Source: a virus
Lineage: Duplodnaviria; Caudoviricetes
DNA length: 64,000 nucleotides
Reading direction: 5' to 3' (one strand)
IMG/VR virus record: IMGVR_UViG_2974674860_000001
Location: 26,491-90,490 of that record
A program made the position numbers and the translations under genes. Within the stretch, counting starts at the first letter, position 1; each line of letters starts with the position of its first letter. Below, piece after piece: positions 1-10,279 of the stretch. The notes below the pieces were generated by a model. The model saw nothing but the letters and a program-made list of their open reading frames with translations, made no database searches and was not told the origin of the DNA.

Positions 1-1
1 C

Positions 2-862
2 CTCGACGTCGAGGACCACACGGGCGTCACCGGGCCCACCGGCACTGTCATCGACGGAATGCTCTGGTGGTCCACCGAACTCCTCGGCGACATGGTCACC
101 GAGGTGCTCGGCCAAAGCTCCAAGGAGAAGGGTGACCTGGTCTCCGACGACGACCTCAACGAGGTGTCGAAGTGGCTCGGCCTACGCAAGGCCCGCCCCG
201 ATGTCGTCTGGCTCGACGGCCAGTACTCGGGCATCATCTCGGGACAGGTCACCATCCACAAGCCGATGGCCCGCGACATCATCGTCGGCGGCCGCAGCCC
301 CGGCTGGGTGAACTCGCTCATCGACGTCGGAATGTCGCTGCTGCTCAACTACATCGGCATCCTTGCCGCAGCACCCGGCCTGTCCTCGATCTACACCGGA
401 CAGTTCGACGACATCCTGCTCGCATACCAGCGATTCACCGACGCCGGCCGGGCCATGCGCGCCGGGCCCTACCTCTACCACGAGCACGTCGTCGCCGACG
501 CCTCGTCCGCCTACACCATCGACGGCACCATGTCCGGCCGCGGGGGAGTGTGGGACACCCGCGGCTACACCTCGAAGACGGTCAAGGTCCGCGACGCCAA
601 CCCGTACATCTTCGGCGTCGACTACGGCATCGGACACCTGGTCGGCTACGAGCTGGACGGTGTGATCTGGACCGACTACGTCACCGAGGCCACCTTCTCC
701 GACAACCGTGAAGAGCGGGCATTCTGGGACATCACCATCGGCGACGGCTCCGACGAAGAGTCCGACGGCGTTCGCGCACACCGCAAGATCTCCGGCCTGT
801 TCTCCATCGCGAAGGATCTGGCCACCGACGTCGGCGCCGACCTTGGTCTCGGGGTGATCTGA
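2..862 (+). CDS. minor tail protein, 5' end outside window
   Basis: Frame is open from position 2 to the stop at 862. The C-terminus (YGIGHLVGYELDG...WDITIGD) resembles actinophage minor tail proteins and the position precedes lysis/tail genes. Confidence 0.7.
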   Translation, partial: LDVEDHTGVTGPTGTVIDGMLWWSTELLGDMVTEVLGQSSKEKGDLVSDDDLNEVSKWLGLRKARPDVVWLDGQYSGIISGQVTIHKPMARDIIVGGRSPGWVNSLIDVGMSLLLNYIGILAAAPGLSSIYTGQFDDILLAYQRFTDAGRAMRAGPYLYHEHVVADASSAYTIDGTMSGRGGVWDTRGYTSKTVKVRDANPYIFGVDYGIGHLVGYELDGVIWTDYVTEATFSDNREERAFWDITIGDGSDEESDGVRAHRKISGLFSIAKDLATDVGADLGLGVI

Positions 863-868
863 TTCGAC

Positions 869-902
869 GGCAATTCCCCGTTCTCCCGGAATTGCCACTT
901 TT
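869..902 (+). terminator. intrinsic terminator
   Basis: GGCAATTCC (869-877) pairs with GGAATTGCC (888-896) and is followed by ACTTTT, just after the stop at 862. Confidence 0.6.
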
Positions 903-1042
903 GCTCAAGAGGCCTGTTTCACCCGGCCGGGCGGCGTTACGATCGAGATGAACGATCTGGCCGCTCGGCCATTTTCTTGCGCTCACTCGACATCCGAGTT
1001 TGATTGCGCCTCTTCATCTCTAACCTTGATAGGTGGCGCCTT

Positions 1043-1678
1043 ATGGCCGACGAAACCGTGATCATCCTCCGTCACACCTACCACGTCCAGCGCACCGGAT
1101 ACACCTGCGGACCTTCGGCTCTGCTCATGGTCCTATCCACGTTCGGCATCAACGTCGACGAGGCCACGCTCGCACGGCTCTGTGGCACCACGTCCGACGG
1201 CACCGGAGACGTGAACAACATCATCCCAGTTGCCAAGCGGTACACCAAGGTTGACTGGCGTCGCACCGGCGGCATGTTCGACCCGCCGAGCAAGGCGCAG
1301 AAGGAGCTGCTCTGGCAGCGGCTGGTCGAGACGGTCGCGAACTCCCGCCGCGGAGTCGTGGTCAACATCTGGGCGCCGGCCGACAACCACCCGCCCGGCT
1401 ACCCGAACTACATGATCATGCACTACATCGCGGCGGTCGGAATCGACCTCGTGAACCGGCGGATCTACATCGCCGACAGTGCACGATTCGGCGGCATCGA
1501 GCACTACTGGCTCAGCCTCGACAAGCTCGCGAGCCTGATCCCGCCCAAGGCGATCATGTCGCTGCTCAATCCCGTCGTCCCGCCCAGCGCAGACCCCTTC
1601 TCGGTGTTCACCGCCGACCAGCTGCGGCTCATCGTCGCGGCCGCACATCAGGTCGCAGCACCCCAGGAGAGCGTATGA
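1043..1678 (+). CDS. lysA: lysin A, C39-like cysteine peptidase domain
   Basis: Motifs Q...YTCGPSA and MHYIAAVG...IYIADS (Cys/His/Asp). ATG 1043 with AGGTGG RBS is preferred over TTG 1004. Confidence 0.8.
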   Translation: MADETVIILRHTYHVQRTGYTCGPSALLMVLSTFGINVDEATLARLCGTTSDGTGDVNNIIPVAKRYTKVDWRRTGGMFDPPSKAQKELLWQRLVETVANSRRGVVVNIWAPADNHPPGYPNYMIMHYIAAVGIDLVNRRIYIADSARFGGIEHYWLSLDKLASLIPPKAIMSLLNPVVPPSADPFSVFTADQLRLIVAAAHQVAAPQESV

Positions 1679-2595
1679 CCTTCCGCCGCGTCTACGGCTA
1701 CGACTGGTCTGAAAATGGCTGGCGCATGTGCAATTCCGACGAAACCGTCGTCGTTACGGTCGCCGGGATGGGCCTGCGTGTCCGCTCGGGCTACGCGGCC
1801 ATCGTGCTCGAAGCCTGGCTGCGCTGGTACCACGAGAACGCCGACCGGATCGATGAGTACAAGCCACTCGACGACTGGGGCTGGTCGGCCACCAACGACG
1901 TCTATACCTCGAATCACCTGTCCGGCACCGCCGTCGACATCAACGCCACCGAGTATCCGTGGGGCACACGCACCATGTCGGCCGCCCGCAAGGCGAAGAT
2001 CCGCGAGGGGCTCAAGCTCTTCGAGGGAACGATCTTCTGGGGCGCCGACTGGGACCGCGCCGACGAGATGCACTTCCAGCTCAACAGCGGAACAAACTCC
2101 GGCACAGGCGCTTCCGCCAAGCTCATCGACTTCTGCAAACGACGAATCCGCAATGGACGTCTCATCACCGACACCGAGGAGGACGGTCTCATGGCCGCAA
2201 TCTCAGACAAGGATGCCGTCACCGTAGTCGGTGCCGCGATCCAGACCGCGAACGCCCAGGAGGACAACGGCGCCAAGAACGCCGACGACCGCACCTATGG
2301 ACCGCGTGCGCTGCGTCACCCCGATCTGTACAACGTCGCCGGCAACGAGCGACTCCGCAAGGCCCGCAAGAAGCTGGGCTACCTGCGCGCCATGGTCACC
2401 GACGTCTGGAACGAGGTCGTCTTCGACGGCTACGTCGCCGAGGTCACCGATCCGCGCCTGGAGGAGGGCAAGTTCGGCAGCCTCGTCGGCTTCGTCCTGG
2501 CCTCCCACGCAAACGCCCGCGAGGCAAACCTCGTGGCTCAGCGCGTCGCCGACAAGCTCGGCGTCGACATCTCGGACATCGTGAAGGAGTCCTGA
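1675..2595 (+). CDS. lysA: lysin A, M15-type (L-Ala-D-Glu) peptidase domain
   Basis: SNHLSGTAVDIN and DEMHFQ zinc-peptidase motifs; ATGA overlap with the preceding gene. Confidence 0.85.
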   Translation: MTFRRVYGYDWSENGWRMCNSDETVVVTVAGMGLRVRSGYAAIVLEAWLRWYHENADRIDEYKPLDDWGWSATNDVYTSNHLSGTAVDINATEYPWGTRTMSAARKAKIREGLKLFEGTIFWGADWDRADEMHFQLNSGTNSGTGASAKLIDFCKRRIRNGRLITDTEEDGLMAAISDKDAVTVVGAAIQTANAQEDNGAKNADDRTYGPRALRHPDLYNVAGNERLRKARKKLGYLRAMVTDVWNEVVFDGYVAEVTDPRLEEGKFGSLVGFVLASHANAREANLVAQRVADKLGVDISDIVKES

Positions 2596-2596
2596 C

Positions 2597-3007
2597 ATGG
2601 CAGAAATCAGCGCCCTCGACATTCGATCCTGGTCTGACGTACGAGCTTTCGTCCACGTCGCCGCACCGGGCATCGGTGCCACCCTCGTCGGCACCTCCGC
2701 GTTCGCAGGCAGCGGCCAGGCTGTGCTCGCCATCGTCGGCCTCATCGTCGCACTGACGAGCCCCGCCCTGTCGGCAGTCAACACCGCCGACGGCTTCCGC
2801 AAGTACTTCTACCCGGCCGTCGGTGCGCTCGGCGGCCTGCTCGGCACCTTCGGCATCGTGACCGACACCCAGTGGGCCCTGTACACCTCGATCGCGGTCG
2901 TACTACTCGGTGCCGGTACCGCCGGCGCGAACACCCCCACGACATCGGCATGGTCGGTGAAGGCAGATCCACACGCCGTCGCCGCCAAGGCTCCGATCTA
3001 CGAATGA
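2597..3007 (+). CDS. holin
   Basis: Small multi-TM protein directly after lysin A. Confidence 0.7.
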   Translation: MAEISALDIRSWSDVRAFVHVAAPGIGATLVGTSAFAGSGQAVLAIVGLIVALTSPALSAVNTADGFRKYFYPAVGALGGLLGTFGIVTDTQWALYTSIAVVLLGAGTAGANTPTTSAWSVKADPHAVAAKAPIYE

Positions 3008-3022
3008 TCGGCGCCACGCCAC

Positions 3023-3478
3023 ATGATGATCTCCAAGTTCCTCAAGTGGGTCGATAGCGAGAGCCTCCGGCTGCCACAGGCGATTCTCTACAGCGCCTTC
3101 TGGCTCGCCGGGGTCTACATGCTGGCCCTCAATCGGACCCCATCCGTCGTTCAGGACGCGATGGGGTCCGTGTGGCACTTCGCTTGGGCCGCAACCCTAG
3201 TCGCATGCCCCATGCTGGTACTGATCGGGTACCGCATGAAGAACCAGTACACCGGTCTCTCAATCCAGCTTGGCTGTAACGCCGCAATCACATTGAGCCT
3301 CATCGCATACGGAGGGTCACTCCTCGACCAGGGGCTCCTCGCAAAGGGCACGTTCGCCCTGTTCTCCACGGCCGCCCTGGCTGCGGTCACGGCCGTCATC
3401 ACCCTGCGCGACTGGCGCCGAATCAAGCTGATCGAGGACGTCGCAAAGGAATTGGACCGCGTCGACAATGAGTCCTGA
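3023..3478 (+). CDS. membrane protein (lysis cassette)
   Basis: About four hydrophobic segments; follows the holin. Confidence 0.65.
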   Translation: MMISKFLKWVDSESLRLPQAILYSAFWLAGVYMLALNRTPSVVQDAMGSVWHFAWAATLVACPMLVLIGYRMKNQYTGLSIQLGCNAAITLSLIAYGGSLLDQGLLAKGTFALFSTAALAAVTAVITLRDWRRIKLIEDVAKELDRVDNES

Positions 3479-3848
3479 CTTCATCAACCTACTCATCGGC
3501 CTCGGTGCTGGGTCGGTCATCGTCGCGGTCATCAACGGATTCTTCAACCGCGGCGGGAACAAGGCCACCGCAGCCAAGCTCGTCGCCGACACCACCAAGG
3601 TCGCCCACGACATGGTCATGGAGATCGCCGACGACCTGCGCGAGGACAACGCACACCTACGCAACGCCCTCGCCGACATGAACGCCAAGTTCGAGGGCCA
3701 TGAGCGCCGCCTGGAACTCGCGCTGAGCCGCCTCGACCGCACTGTCGGTGAGCTGCAGAGCGTCATCCCCCTCATCGAGCAGGCCGGCCACCTGAGCCGC
3801 GCAGACCACCTTCGCCGCGTCGTCGCCGACGCCACCGCCGAGACATAG
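3468..3848 (+). CDS. membrane-anchored coiled-coil protein (lysis cassette)
   Basis: N-terminal TM followed by a heptad-rich region. Confidence 0.6.
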   Translation: MSPDFINLLIGLGAGSVIVAVINGFFNRGGNKATAAKLVADTTKVAHDMVMEIADDLREDNAHLRNALADMNAKFEGHERRLELALSRLDRTVGELQSVIPLIEQAGHLSRADHLRRVVADATAET

Positions 3849-3856
3849 AAGGACCA

Positions 3857-4930
3857 ATGACCACCTACGACGAACTCTATGGCCCGCCCGTCGATGTCCT
3901 GCACCCGACCGTCAAGGTCTACGCGGTCGACGACAACGAGGGCGTGCCGATTCGTCACCTCGCCGTCCACCTCACCCCAGGCGAGGGCCGCATGCTCCTG
4001 CCGCGAGGACTCAAGGGGGACAAGGGCGACGATGGCGCGCCGGCCACCGCATGGCAGATCAAGGGCGAGCGCACCACCGCCCAGCTCGCGGCGCTGACCC
4101 TCGGCGCATCCGAGAAGGGCTGGGCCTACAAGAACTCCCAGACCAACGCCCTGCACTACTGGGACGGCACCGGATGGATCGTCCTGACCGACGCCTTCGG
4201 CACCGACGGGCCGGTCGGCCCCGCAGGCTCCCTCAGCGGCGTCAATATCCAGATGAAGGCCGCCGGCACCGAGCCCGAGGCCTACCTGACCGGACCAGTC
4301 GGCAACCAGTCCCTGATCCTCATGCTGCCCGAGAAGCCCGGCCCCAAGGGCGACGCTGGCCCGGCTGCGGCCATCGCGTCGGCGAGCGACTTCGACACGA
4401 CCACGTCACCCGCAGCTGGCGACTTTCTCACCCGGCTGCCGAATGGCAAATGGGGCCCCGGGTCGAGCCCCCGCACGCGCTACTACAGCATCCCCGAGGG
4501 CAACTTCACCGACACCGGCGACCTCTGGAGCGGGCAGCGCGCCACCCTGGTCAGCCTGTCACTCGACCAGCTCACCTACTCCACGTTCCTCGAAGTGACC
4601 GGCCACATGCGCGTCGGCACCGGCATCCCGGCATCCAGCATCTCCATCGAGGTCCGCATCGGCGACGCGGCCACCGGCGAGCTGATCGCTCGCGGCTACA
4701 CCTCCTCGCGCACCGGCGAGGACGTTGTCGCCATCCACCCGCACTTCTCAACCAACGCGCAACCCAGTCGCAACGCAGCACCGGGAGGCACCGTCGGGAT
4801 CGTCCCCGCCTCGCACACCGGCACCGCAGGCACTCTCTACGTCACCGCGGTGCGCACCAGCGGTCTCGGCTCGGTCCGTGCGTTCTCCGACGACGCCCAG
4901 CTGCTCATCAAGCGACTGCCGGCGGTCTAA
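3857..4930 (+). CDS. minor tail protein
   Basis: Short collagen-like G-x-x runs (GLKGDKGDDG, GPKGDAGPA); AAGGA RBS. Confidence 0.75.
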   Translation: MTTYDELYGPPVDVLHPTVKVYAVDDNEGVPIRHLAVHLTPGEGRMLLPRGLKGDKGDDGAPATAWQIKGERTTAQLAALTLGASEKGWAYKNSQTNALHYWDGTGWIVLTDAFGTDGPVGPAGSLSGVNIQMKAAGTEPEAYLTGPVGNQSLILMLPEKPGPKGDAGPAAAIASASDFDTTTSPAAGDFLTRLPNGKWGPGSSPRTRYYSIPEGNFTDTGDLWSGQRATLVSLSLDQLTYSTFLEVTGHMRVGTGIPASSISIEVRIGDAATGELIARGYTSSRTGEDVVAIHPHFSTNAQPSRNAAPGGTVGIVPASHTGTAGTLYVTAVRTSGLGSVRAFSDDAQLLIKRLPAV

Positions 4931-4939
4931 GGGGCCCCG

Positions 4940-7900
4940 TTGAACGACAACAGCAAGAAGGCCGCCGAGGCTCTCGTCCAGCACTTCCAGGGCATGGTCG
5001 ACGGGCAGGCCGGCAACATCCAGGACCTGTTCGACTCCCTGCTCCCGGTCCAGGACTTCGTCAACGCGATCCTGGAAACACTCGGCGGCAACCCCACCGC
5101 GATGGCGACCTTCTTCGCCACGTGGGCCGAAAACCTGCCCTGGCTCAAGGACTTCGAGAACTGGGTGCCCAACATCGGTGCCGACCTCGCAGGCCTGCGC
5201 GACGCGGTCGAGGGAACCTACGTCGGCAATGACGTGGTGCTCAACGCCATCCAGCGCGCAGTCGGCGCGATCCGCTCGCTGGCCGGCGGCCTCATCGACC
5301 CGTCGCGCATCCCGCAGATCTTCCTCGGGCAGCTGTCCAACCAGCCAAGCCCCAACCTACTCAGCGGCTTTGGCGACTTCTCGGCGGCCGGCACCATCGA
5401 CGGCGGCGACGTCTGGGTCTGGGACGAATCCGAAGGCCACACCACCCCCGGCTCCGTTCGTGGCACCGCCGACGGTGAACGTCACGTCCTGACCTCCGAG
5501 CTGGTCTCGGTCAGCGAGGGGCAGAAGCTCGACCTCTCGGGCTGGGCGAAGTGGGCCCAGCCGAAGTGGCCGAACATGCTCACCTATTCGCAGGCGACGC
5601 TGGAAACCGATGAGTCCGTACTCGTTGCGACCCCCATCGCCCGGCGCCTGAACTCGAACAACGCCGTGCTCACCCGCGACAACTCGTGGTCCGACGGCGG
5701 CAACTACTCGGTCAAGCTCACCGCAGACAACAAGGCCGACACCAACTTCAACTGGGGCGGCGATGGCGTCTTCGCGCCGCCCTACAACGCCCCCGGGTCA
5801 TTCCGCATGGGCACCCAGCCGGGCCGGACATACCGCATGTGCGCGACGTTCCGGCTCACCGAGGCCATGACGTCGGCAACGACAGGGAACCGAAGCCTCG
5901 GCCTGACCGCCTGGTACACCCGCGGCCAGGGCTCCCACACCAAGGTCAACATCGGCGAGGCGGCGCCCAACGCAGCAGGCGAGTACCGCCTGGAGGGCGA
6001 CTTCACTATCCCCGCCGACGCCACGGGCGCATTCTTCCGCATCTACTTCGGCTACACCACCGGCACCATCTGGATCGACCGGATGGGCCTCTTCGACATC
6101 ACCGATTCGGTCCCGCCGGCTGGCTACTATGTCCAGCCGCACAACGGCATCGGTGACACCTACACCCTGTCGGTCATTCCGCAGTCGGGCGACATCGCCG
6201 GCGCAGAGTCCGTCATCAAGGCCATCGCCAACCCCTCAGCTTCGGGCGGATGGTCGGAGCTGAATGGCACCTACACTGTGCCCGCCGGTGTCGACGGCGT
6301 TCGCGTGCGTCTCGGGATCGAGGCGCCGGCATCGGCCGGCGTTGCATGGTTCGACGACGTCTCCCTCCGCAAGACCGCCACATCACTCCCGCAGCAGTGG
6401 GTGTCAGGTCTCGCCGAGACCCTCGGCGACCTCTGGGATGGGCTCGGCAACCTCATCGACAACCTGCTTGCCTCCCTGGGCATTCCGCCCACCGGCACCA
6501 TCGTCGATCGCATCCTCGATCTCTCCGACGAGTTCGGGGATTGGCTCGACGACACCCAGACCCAGGCCGCCAAGTTTGCCGATCTCGTCGGCGATCTCCT
6601 CGCCGACCCTGGCAAGGTGCTCGGAACACTGCCTCAGACTCTCGTCTCGGGGCTGTCGACCTCGCTGAACAGCCTGCAGTCGTTCATCCAGAACCTCCTC
6701 AACGCGATCCTCCAGGGCATCCGTGGCGTCCCCGTTGTCGGCGGCTCCATCGCCAACGTCATCGAGGACCTGACCGGGATGAACAAGGATGTCGCGGCCG
6801 CGGCAGAGTCTGCGGACGTCGCCCAGGCGCAGATCGTCACCATCCAGCAGGTGTTCGCCGTGCGCTCGAACCGCCCACTCTGGGAGGGCCTCGATCCGAC
6901 CGGGGAATCGACCTTTCCCTATACCCAGCTCGCCCAGCCTGCCGCGCATGGACACACGGGGTCCACGAACTCAACCGGCAACCACACTGGCCACGAGGGC
7001 ACCGCGAACAGCAGGGGCGCACACTCCCACGACGTCACTGTAACCAACTGGGGCACATCGGAGATTCCGGTCGCGGGATCGATGACGCCGGGCGGCTGTA
7101 TCCGCATCGAATCCCCGGTCGAGAAGCGCCAGATCACATTCCAGGCCCGGCGCAGCGGTGCTGTGTCGTCGTTCTACATCGACGTCTACCACATGGAGGA
7201 CGACGGCTCCTTCACGCTACTGCACTCCTCGGCGAACATCGCCGCCGACATCCTCACCGTCATGACCTGGCAGCAGGTCGAGATCCCGCCCACCCTCGTC
7301 GAGCTGGGCGACGTCATCATGATCCAGTTCCGCGCCAACGCAAACTGCTTCGTCGCCGGCATCCAGCTACCAGCCCCGGCGAACGCGCTCGGATTCCGGC
7401 CGTTGCAGATCGGCATGCTGCGCAACTCATCTGACGCACCCGCTGTTCTGTCACAGACCGCCGCCGACTCGGCCTACTCGGGCTACACCCCCTACATCCA
7501 GCTCGGGTCCGACGTCGGCCAGCTCAACGCAGCGCGCAACTTCTACGACAACTTCAACCGCACCATCCTGGGCTCCAACTGGGCGGCGAACTGGAGGTCG
7601 AACAGCGGGGGCGAGTACCTCACCGTCAGCGGGAACCGGCTGGTCAACCCGACCTCTGGCATGCTGCTGTACCAGCGTTCACTCGCTCTCTACACGCTGC
7701 CACTGTCCTCCGACGACGTGAGTGTCGAGTTCGACCTGACGTCCGTGAACGGCGTGGCTTCCGGTGTGATCATCTGCGCCGACAACAACGCGCAGAACTA
7801 CGTCGGCGCATTCGTTACCACCAGCGGCGGCGGCATCTGGACCAACGTCGGCGGCGTCAACGGAACCATGACCGAACGATCGACCGTCGCGGCATCCAAC

Positions 7901-8116
7901 AACAACGCCCGCTGGAAGATCACCTACACCTCAGCCGACAACACCTACCGGCTGTACAAGAACGGGGCCCTGCACACCTCCTGGACCGACTCGACCAACA
8001 TCATCGGCCACGGCAAGGGGCGCCGATTCTGCGGCGCGCAGATCGACAATCAGAGCTTTACAACCGGGTCGCCGATCGACAACTGGAACGCCTACGACAA
8101 CGAGGCGGGGACATGA
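4940..8116 (+). CDS. large minor tail protein / receptor-binding protein with carbohydrate-binding-like modules
   Basis: 1058 aa; beta-rich CBM-like segments (WFDDVSL, WIDRMGL); FYDNFNR C-terminal module typical of actinophage tails. Confidence 0.75.
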   Translation: MNDNSKKAAEALVQHFQGMVDGQAGNIQDLFDSLLPVQDFVNAILETLGGNPTAMATFFATWAENLPWLKDFENWVPNIGADLAGLRDAVEGTYVGNDVVLNAIQRAVGAIRSLAGGLIDPSRIPQIFLGQLSNQPSPNLLSGFGDFSAAGTIDGGDVWVWDESEGHTTPGSVRGTADGERHVLTSELVSVSEGQKLDLSGWAKWAQPKWPNMLTYSQATLETDESVLVATPIARRLNSNNAVLTRDNSWSDGGNYSVKLTADNKADTNFNWGGDGVFAPPYNAPGSFRMGTQPGRTYRMCATFRLTEAMTSATTGNRSLGLTAWYTRGQGSHTKVNIGEAAPNAAGEYRLEGDFTIPADATGAFFRIYFGYTTGTIWIDRMGLFDITDSVPPAGYYVQPHNGIGDTYTLSVIPQSGDIAGAESVIKAIANPSASGGWSELNGTYTVPAGVDGVRVRLGIEAPASAGVAWFDDVSLRKTATSLPQQWVSGLAETLGDLWDGLGNLIDNLLASLGIPPTGTIVDRILDLSDEFGDWLDDTQTQAAKFADLVGDLLADPGKVLGTLPQTLVSGLSTSLNSLQSFIQNLLNAILQGIRGVPVVGGSIANVIEDLTGMNKDVAAAAESADVAQAQIVTIQQVFAVRSNRPLWEGLDPTGESTFPYTQLAQPAAHGHTGSTNSTGNHTGHEGTANSRGAHSHDVTVTNWGTSEIPVAGSMTPGGCIRIESPVEKRQITFQARRSGAVSSFYIDVYHMEDDGSFTLLHSSANIAADILTVMTWQQVEIPPTLVELGDVIMIQFRANANCFVAGIQLPAPANALGFRPLQIGMLRNSSDAPAVLSQTAADSAYSGYTPYIQLGSDVGQLNAARNFYDNFNRTILGSNWAANWRSNSGGEYLTVSGNRLVNPTSGMLLYQRSLALYTLPLSSDDVSVEFDLTSVNGVASGVIICADNNAQNYVGAFVTTSGGGIWTNVGGVNGTMTERSTVAASNNNARWKITYTSADNTYRLYKNGALHTSWTDSTNIIGHGKGRRFCGAQIDNQSFTTGSPIDNWNAYDNEAGT

Positions 8117-9180
8117 GCTGGTCCCCCGGTGGGCCACCCGCCGCGGGACCAGTAGTCATCCCAGGCTGGTCGACCGACGGGCCGGAGCCCACGGAGGCGC
8201 CGATCACCACGGGCTGGCGGGTCGTTCAGCAACGCCGCGGTGAAGGTTCCGGCGTCGGCGACGACGCGGCAATCGCCAAGGCGCGCATACTAACCAGCGG
8301 CGCTGCGGCTGGACAAGACCGCCCCGCGGCGAAGCCGAAGCTGCCCGGCACCGGCCAGGCCGCCGGCCGCGATCTGGCGACACAGCGGCCGCGGGTCGCG
8401 GCGGCTGGGTCTGGCGCCGGGAAAGGCGATGCGCGGTTCCGGCTGAACGGGCAGGGCGTGGCCTCTGGCGATGACCTCGCCATCCCCAAGCCGAAGCTGA
8501 TCGTGCCCTCCAGTGGCGCCGGCAGCGACAGAGTGCTCGTACCGCGAGCTGCGACCGCAGGCGCTGGCCAGGGAGCGGGCGGCGGAACGGCCAGCGCGAG
8601 CTTCAAGAACGAGGGCCCCTGGGACGTCACCTGGACGAGCGGGTCCAACGCCTACACGTTCACCTTCCCGGTCTGGTGTCGATACATCGACGTCATCCTC
8701 CTGGGCGGCGGCGCCTCGGGCCAGACGGGATCTGGCGCGATCAACCAGCCCGGCCGAGGTGGTGCGGCCGGGTCGTGGGCCGCGATCCGACTCGAACGCG
8801 GCGTCGACATCCCGTGGTCGCTCTTGAGCATGCAGGTCGTCACCGGAGTGGGCGGGGCGCAGGCAGCCAACTCCGACTACGCCAGCCCCAACGCTGGGGC
8901 GGCCAGTCTTCTCGTGGTGTCCGGCTCGACGGTATTGACCGCGGCCGGCGGCCAGGGAACCAAGCCCGAGGACGGCCAGGCGATGCGCGACGGACAGGCC
9001 GCCGGCACCTACTCCTTCGGTGGTCGGACCTACACGGGCGGCGGGCTTAACGGGTCCAGCGGCGGAACTGGAAACCCGCCCGGCGGCGGCGGATCTGGTG
9101 GCAATGGAGGCATTTTCGGCAACCGCACACGCGGCGGGGCCGGAGCATACGGCGGGGCGTGGCTGTGGGTGTACCAGTGA
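8113..9180 (+). CDS. glycine-rich minor tail protein
   Basis: DVILLGGGASG and GGGG-rich C-terminus. Confidence 0.75.
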   Translation: MSWSPGGPPAAGPVVIPGWSTDGPEPTEAPITTGWRVVQQRRGEGSGVGDDAAIAKARILTSGAAAGQDRPAAKPKLPGTGQAAGRDLATQRPRVAAAGSGAGKGDARFRLNGQGVASGDDLAIPKPKLIVPSSGAGSDRVLVPRAATAGAGQGAGGGTASASFKNEGPWDVTWTSGSNAYTFTFPVWCRYIDVILLGGGASGQTGSGAINQPGRGGAAGSWAAIRLERGVDIPWSLLSMQVVTGVGGAQAANSDYASPNAGAASLLVVSGSTVLTAAGGQGTKPEDGQAMRDGQAAGTYSFGGRTYTGGGLNGSSGGTGNPPGGGGSGGNGGIFGNRTRGGAGAYGGAWLWVYQ

Positions 9181-9455
9181 TCGTAAACGCAGACATCATC
9201 GTCGAGTGCCCCCTTGGCGGCATGGTCATCCTGCCCAGGGGCTTCACGGTTTTACTCACCTCGCCTGGCGACACCGCGGTCGTCGTCACAGTCCACGCGA
9301 GCTACGACTACGACAGCTTCGACGATCCGTCGGCACCGGCATTCGAGTTCCAGGCCGACACCCTCACCGTCTCCACGTCAGGGGACATCTCCATCACTCG
9401 CGACGTGACGTGCATCAGCCTGCCGGGTCGCATCACCCAACAGAAGGGCATCTAA
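9177..9455 (+). CDS. hypothetical virion-associated protein
   Basis: GTGA overlap with the preceding gene; lies in the tail operon. Confidence 0.55.
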   Translation: MIVNADIIVECPLGGMVILPRGFTVLLTSPGDTAVVVTVHASYDYDSFDDPSAPAFEFQADTLTVSTSGDISITRDVTCISLPGRITQQKGI

Positions 9456-9458
9456 CCC

Positions 9459-9824
9459 ATGGCATCGACCTACTCCGACGCCCACCGAAACGCATGCGCG
9501 AACGCCATCTGCGCACTCGGCAACCGCATCGGCCTCTACGTCGGCAGCACCCGCGTCGGCACCGTCTACGCCGACACCACGTGGGCCGCGGCCGTGAAGG
9601 TCACCGAGTCGTCCGTCGATAAGGCGCAGAGCACCGGATCGACCGTCACGATCACCGTGCCGGCGGGCACCGTGGCCAATGGAACCGTGATCAACAAGTT
9701 CGGCGTGCACAACGGCTCGACCCTTCTACGCACCGAAGACCTGCCGCTGTCGCTGACTGTCAACGACGGCGGGCAGGCCTTTAGTGTGGACATCACCCCG
9801 ATCTTCAAGTACCGGGGCGAGTAG
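9459..9824 (+). CDS. minor tail protein
   Basis: Last rightward gene of the tail operon; beta-rich. Confidence 0.6.
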   Translation: MASTYSDAHRNACANAICALGNRIGLYVGSTRVGTVYADTTWAAAVKVTESSVDKAQSTGSTVTITVPAGTVANGTVINKFGVHNGSTLLRTEDLPLSLTVNDGGQAFSVDITPIFKYRGE

Positions 9825-10184
9825 CTATTCGGTGGCGGCTTCGTATTGCTCGATGATGTCGTTCGGGATGCGGCCCTTCGGATTCACTTCGATGCCGTTG
9901 GCCACGGCCCAGTCGCGCACATCCTTCATGGTGTAGGCGGCATGGGCTGACCCGTTCGAGCCGTTCGCCGGTGCGCCCGTGGACGGCTGACGTTTGCGGC
10001 CGCCGATCTTCGTGGCGGTCTCGACCAGCTTGACCATCTGCTTCTCGAGTTTCTTGTAGTTCGCGGCGCTGGTCTGCACCTCGTAGTCCACCCCGAGCCA
10101 GCTGACCTGGGCGCGCATCATCGTCTTCTCGTCGAGCAGTTTTCCGTCGATGTCGTCGTAGTACTCGATCTTGTCCCGACGCAT
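9825..10184 (-). CDS. lsr2: Lsr2-like DNA-bridging protein
   Basis: N-terminal DDIDG...GVDYEV dimerisation domain; C-terminal VRDWAVANGIEVNPKGRIP AT-hook-like domain. Confidence 0.9.
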   Translation of the reverse strand: MRRDKIEYYDDIDGKLLDEKTMMRAQVSWLGVDYEVQTSAANYKKLEKQMVKLVETATKIGGRKRQPSTGAPANGSNGSAHAAYTMKDVRDWAVANGIEVNPKGRIPNDIIEQYEAATE

Positions 10185-10230
10185 TTACTCCCTCTCTCTG
10201 TACTACTGCTTGCGGTTCTACTTCATCACA

Positions 10231-10279
10231 CACATGAGCCCCGGCTGGAATCTTCGTTGATCCGGCCGGGGCTCATGTG
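10231..10279 (-). terminator. 15-bp inverted repeat in the lsr2 leader (terminator or attenuator)
   Basis: CACATGAGCCCCGGC (10231-10245) pairs with GCCGGGGCTCATGTG (10265-10279). No strong U tract. Confidence 0.6.
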
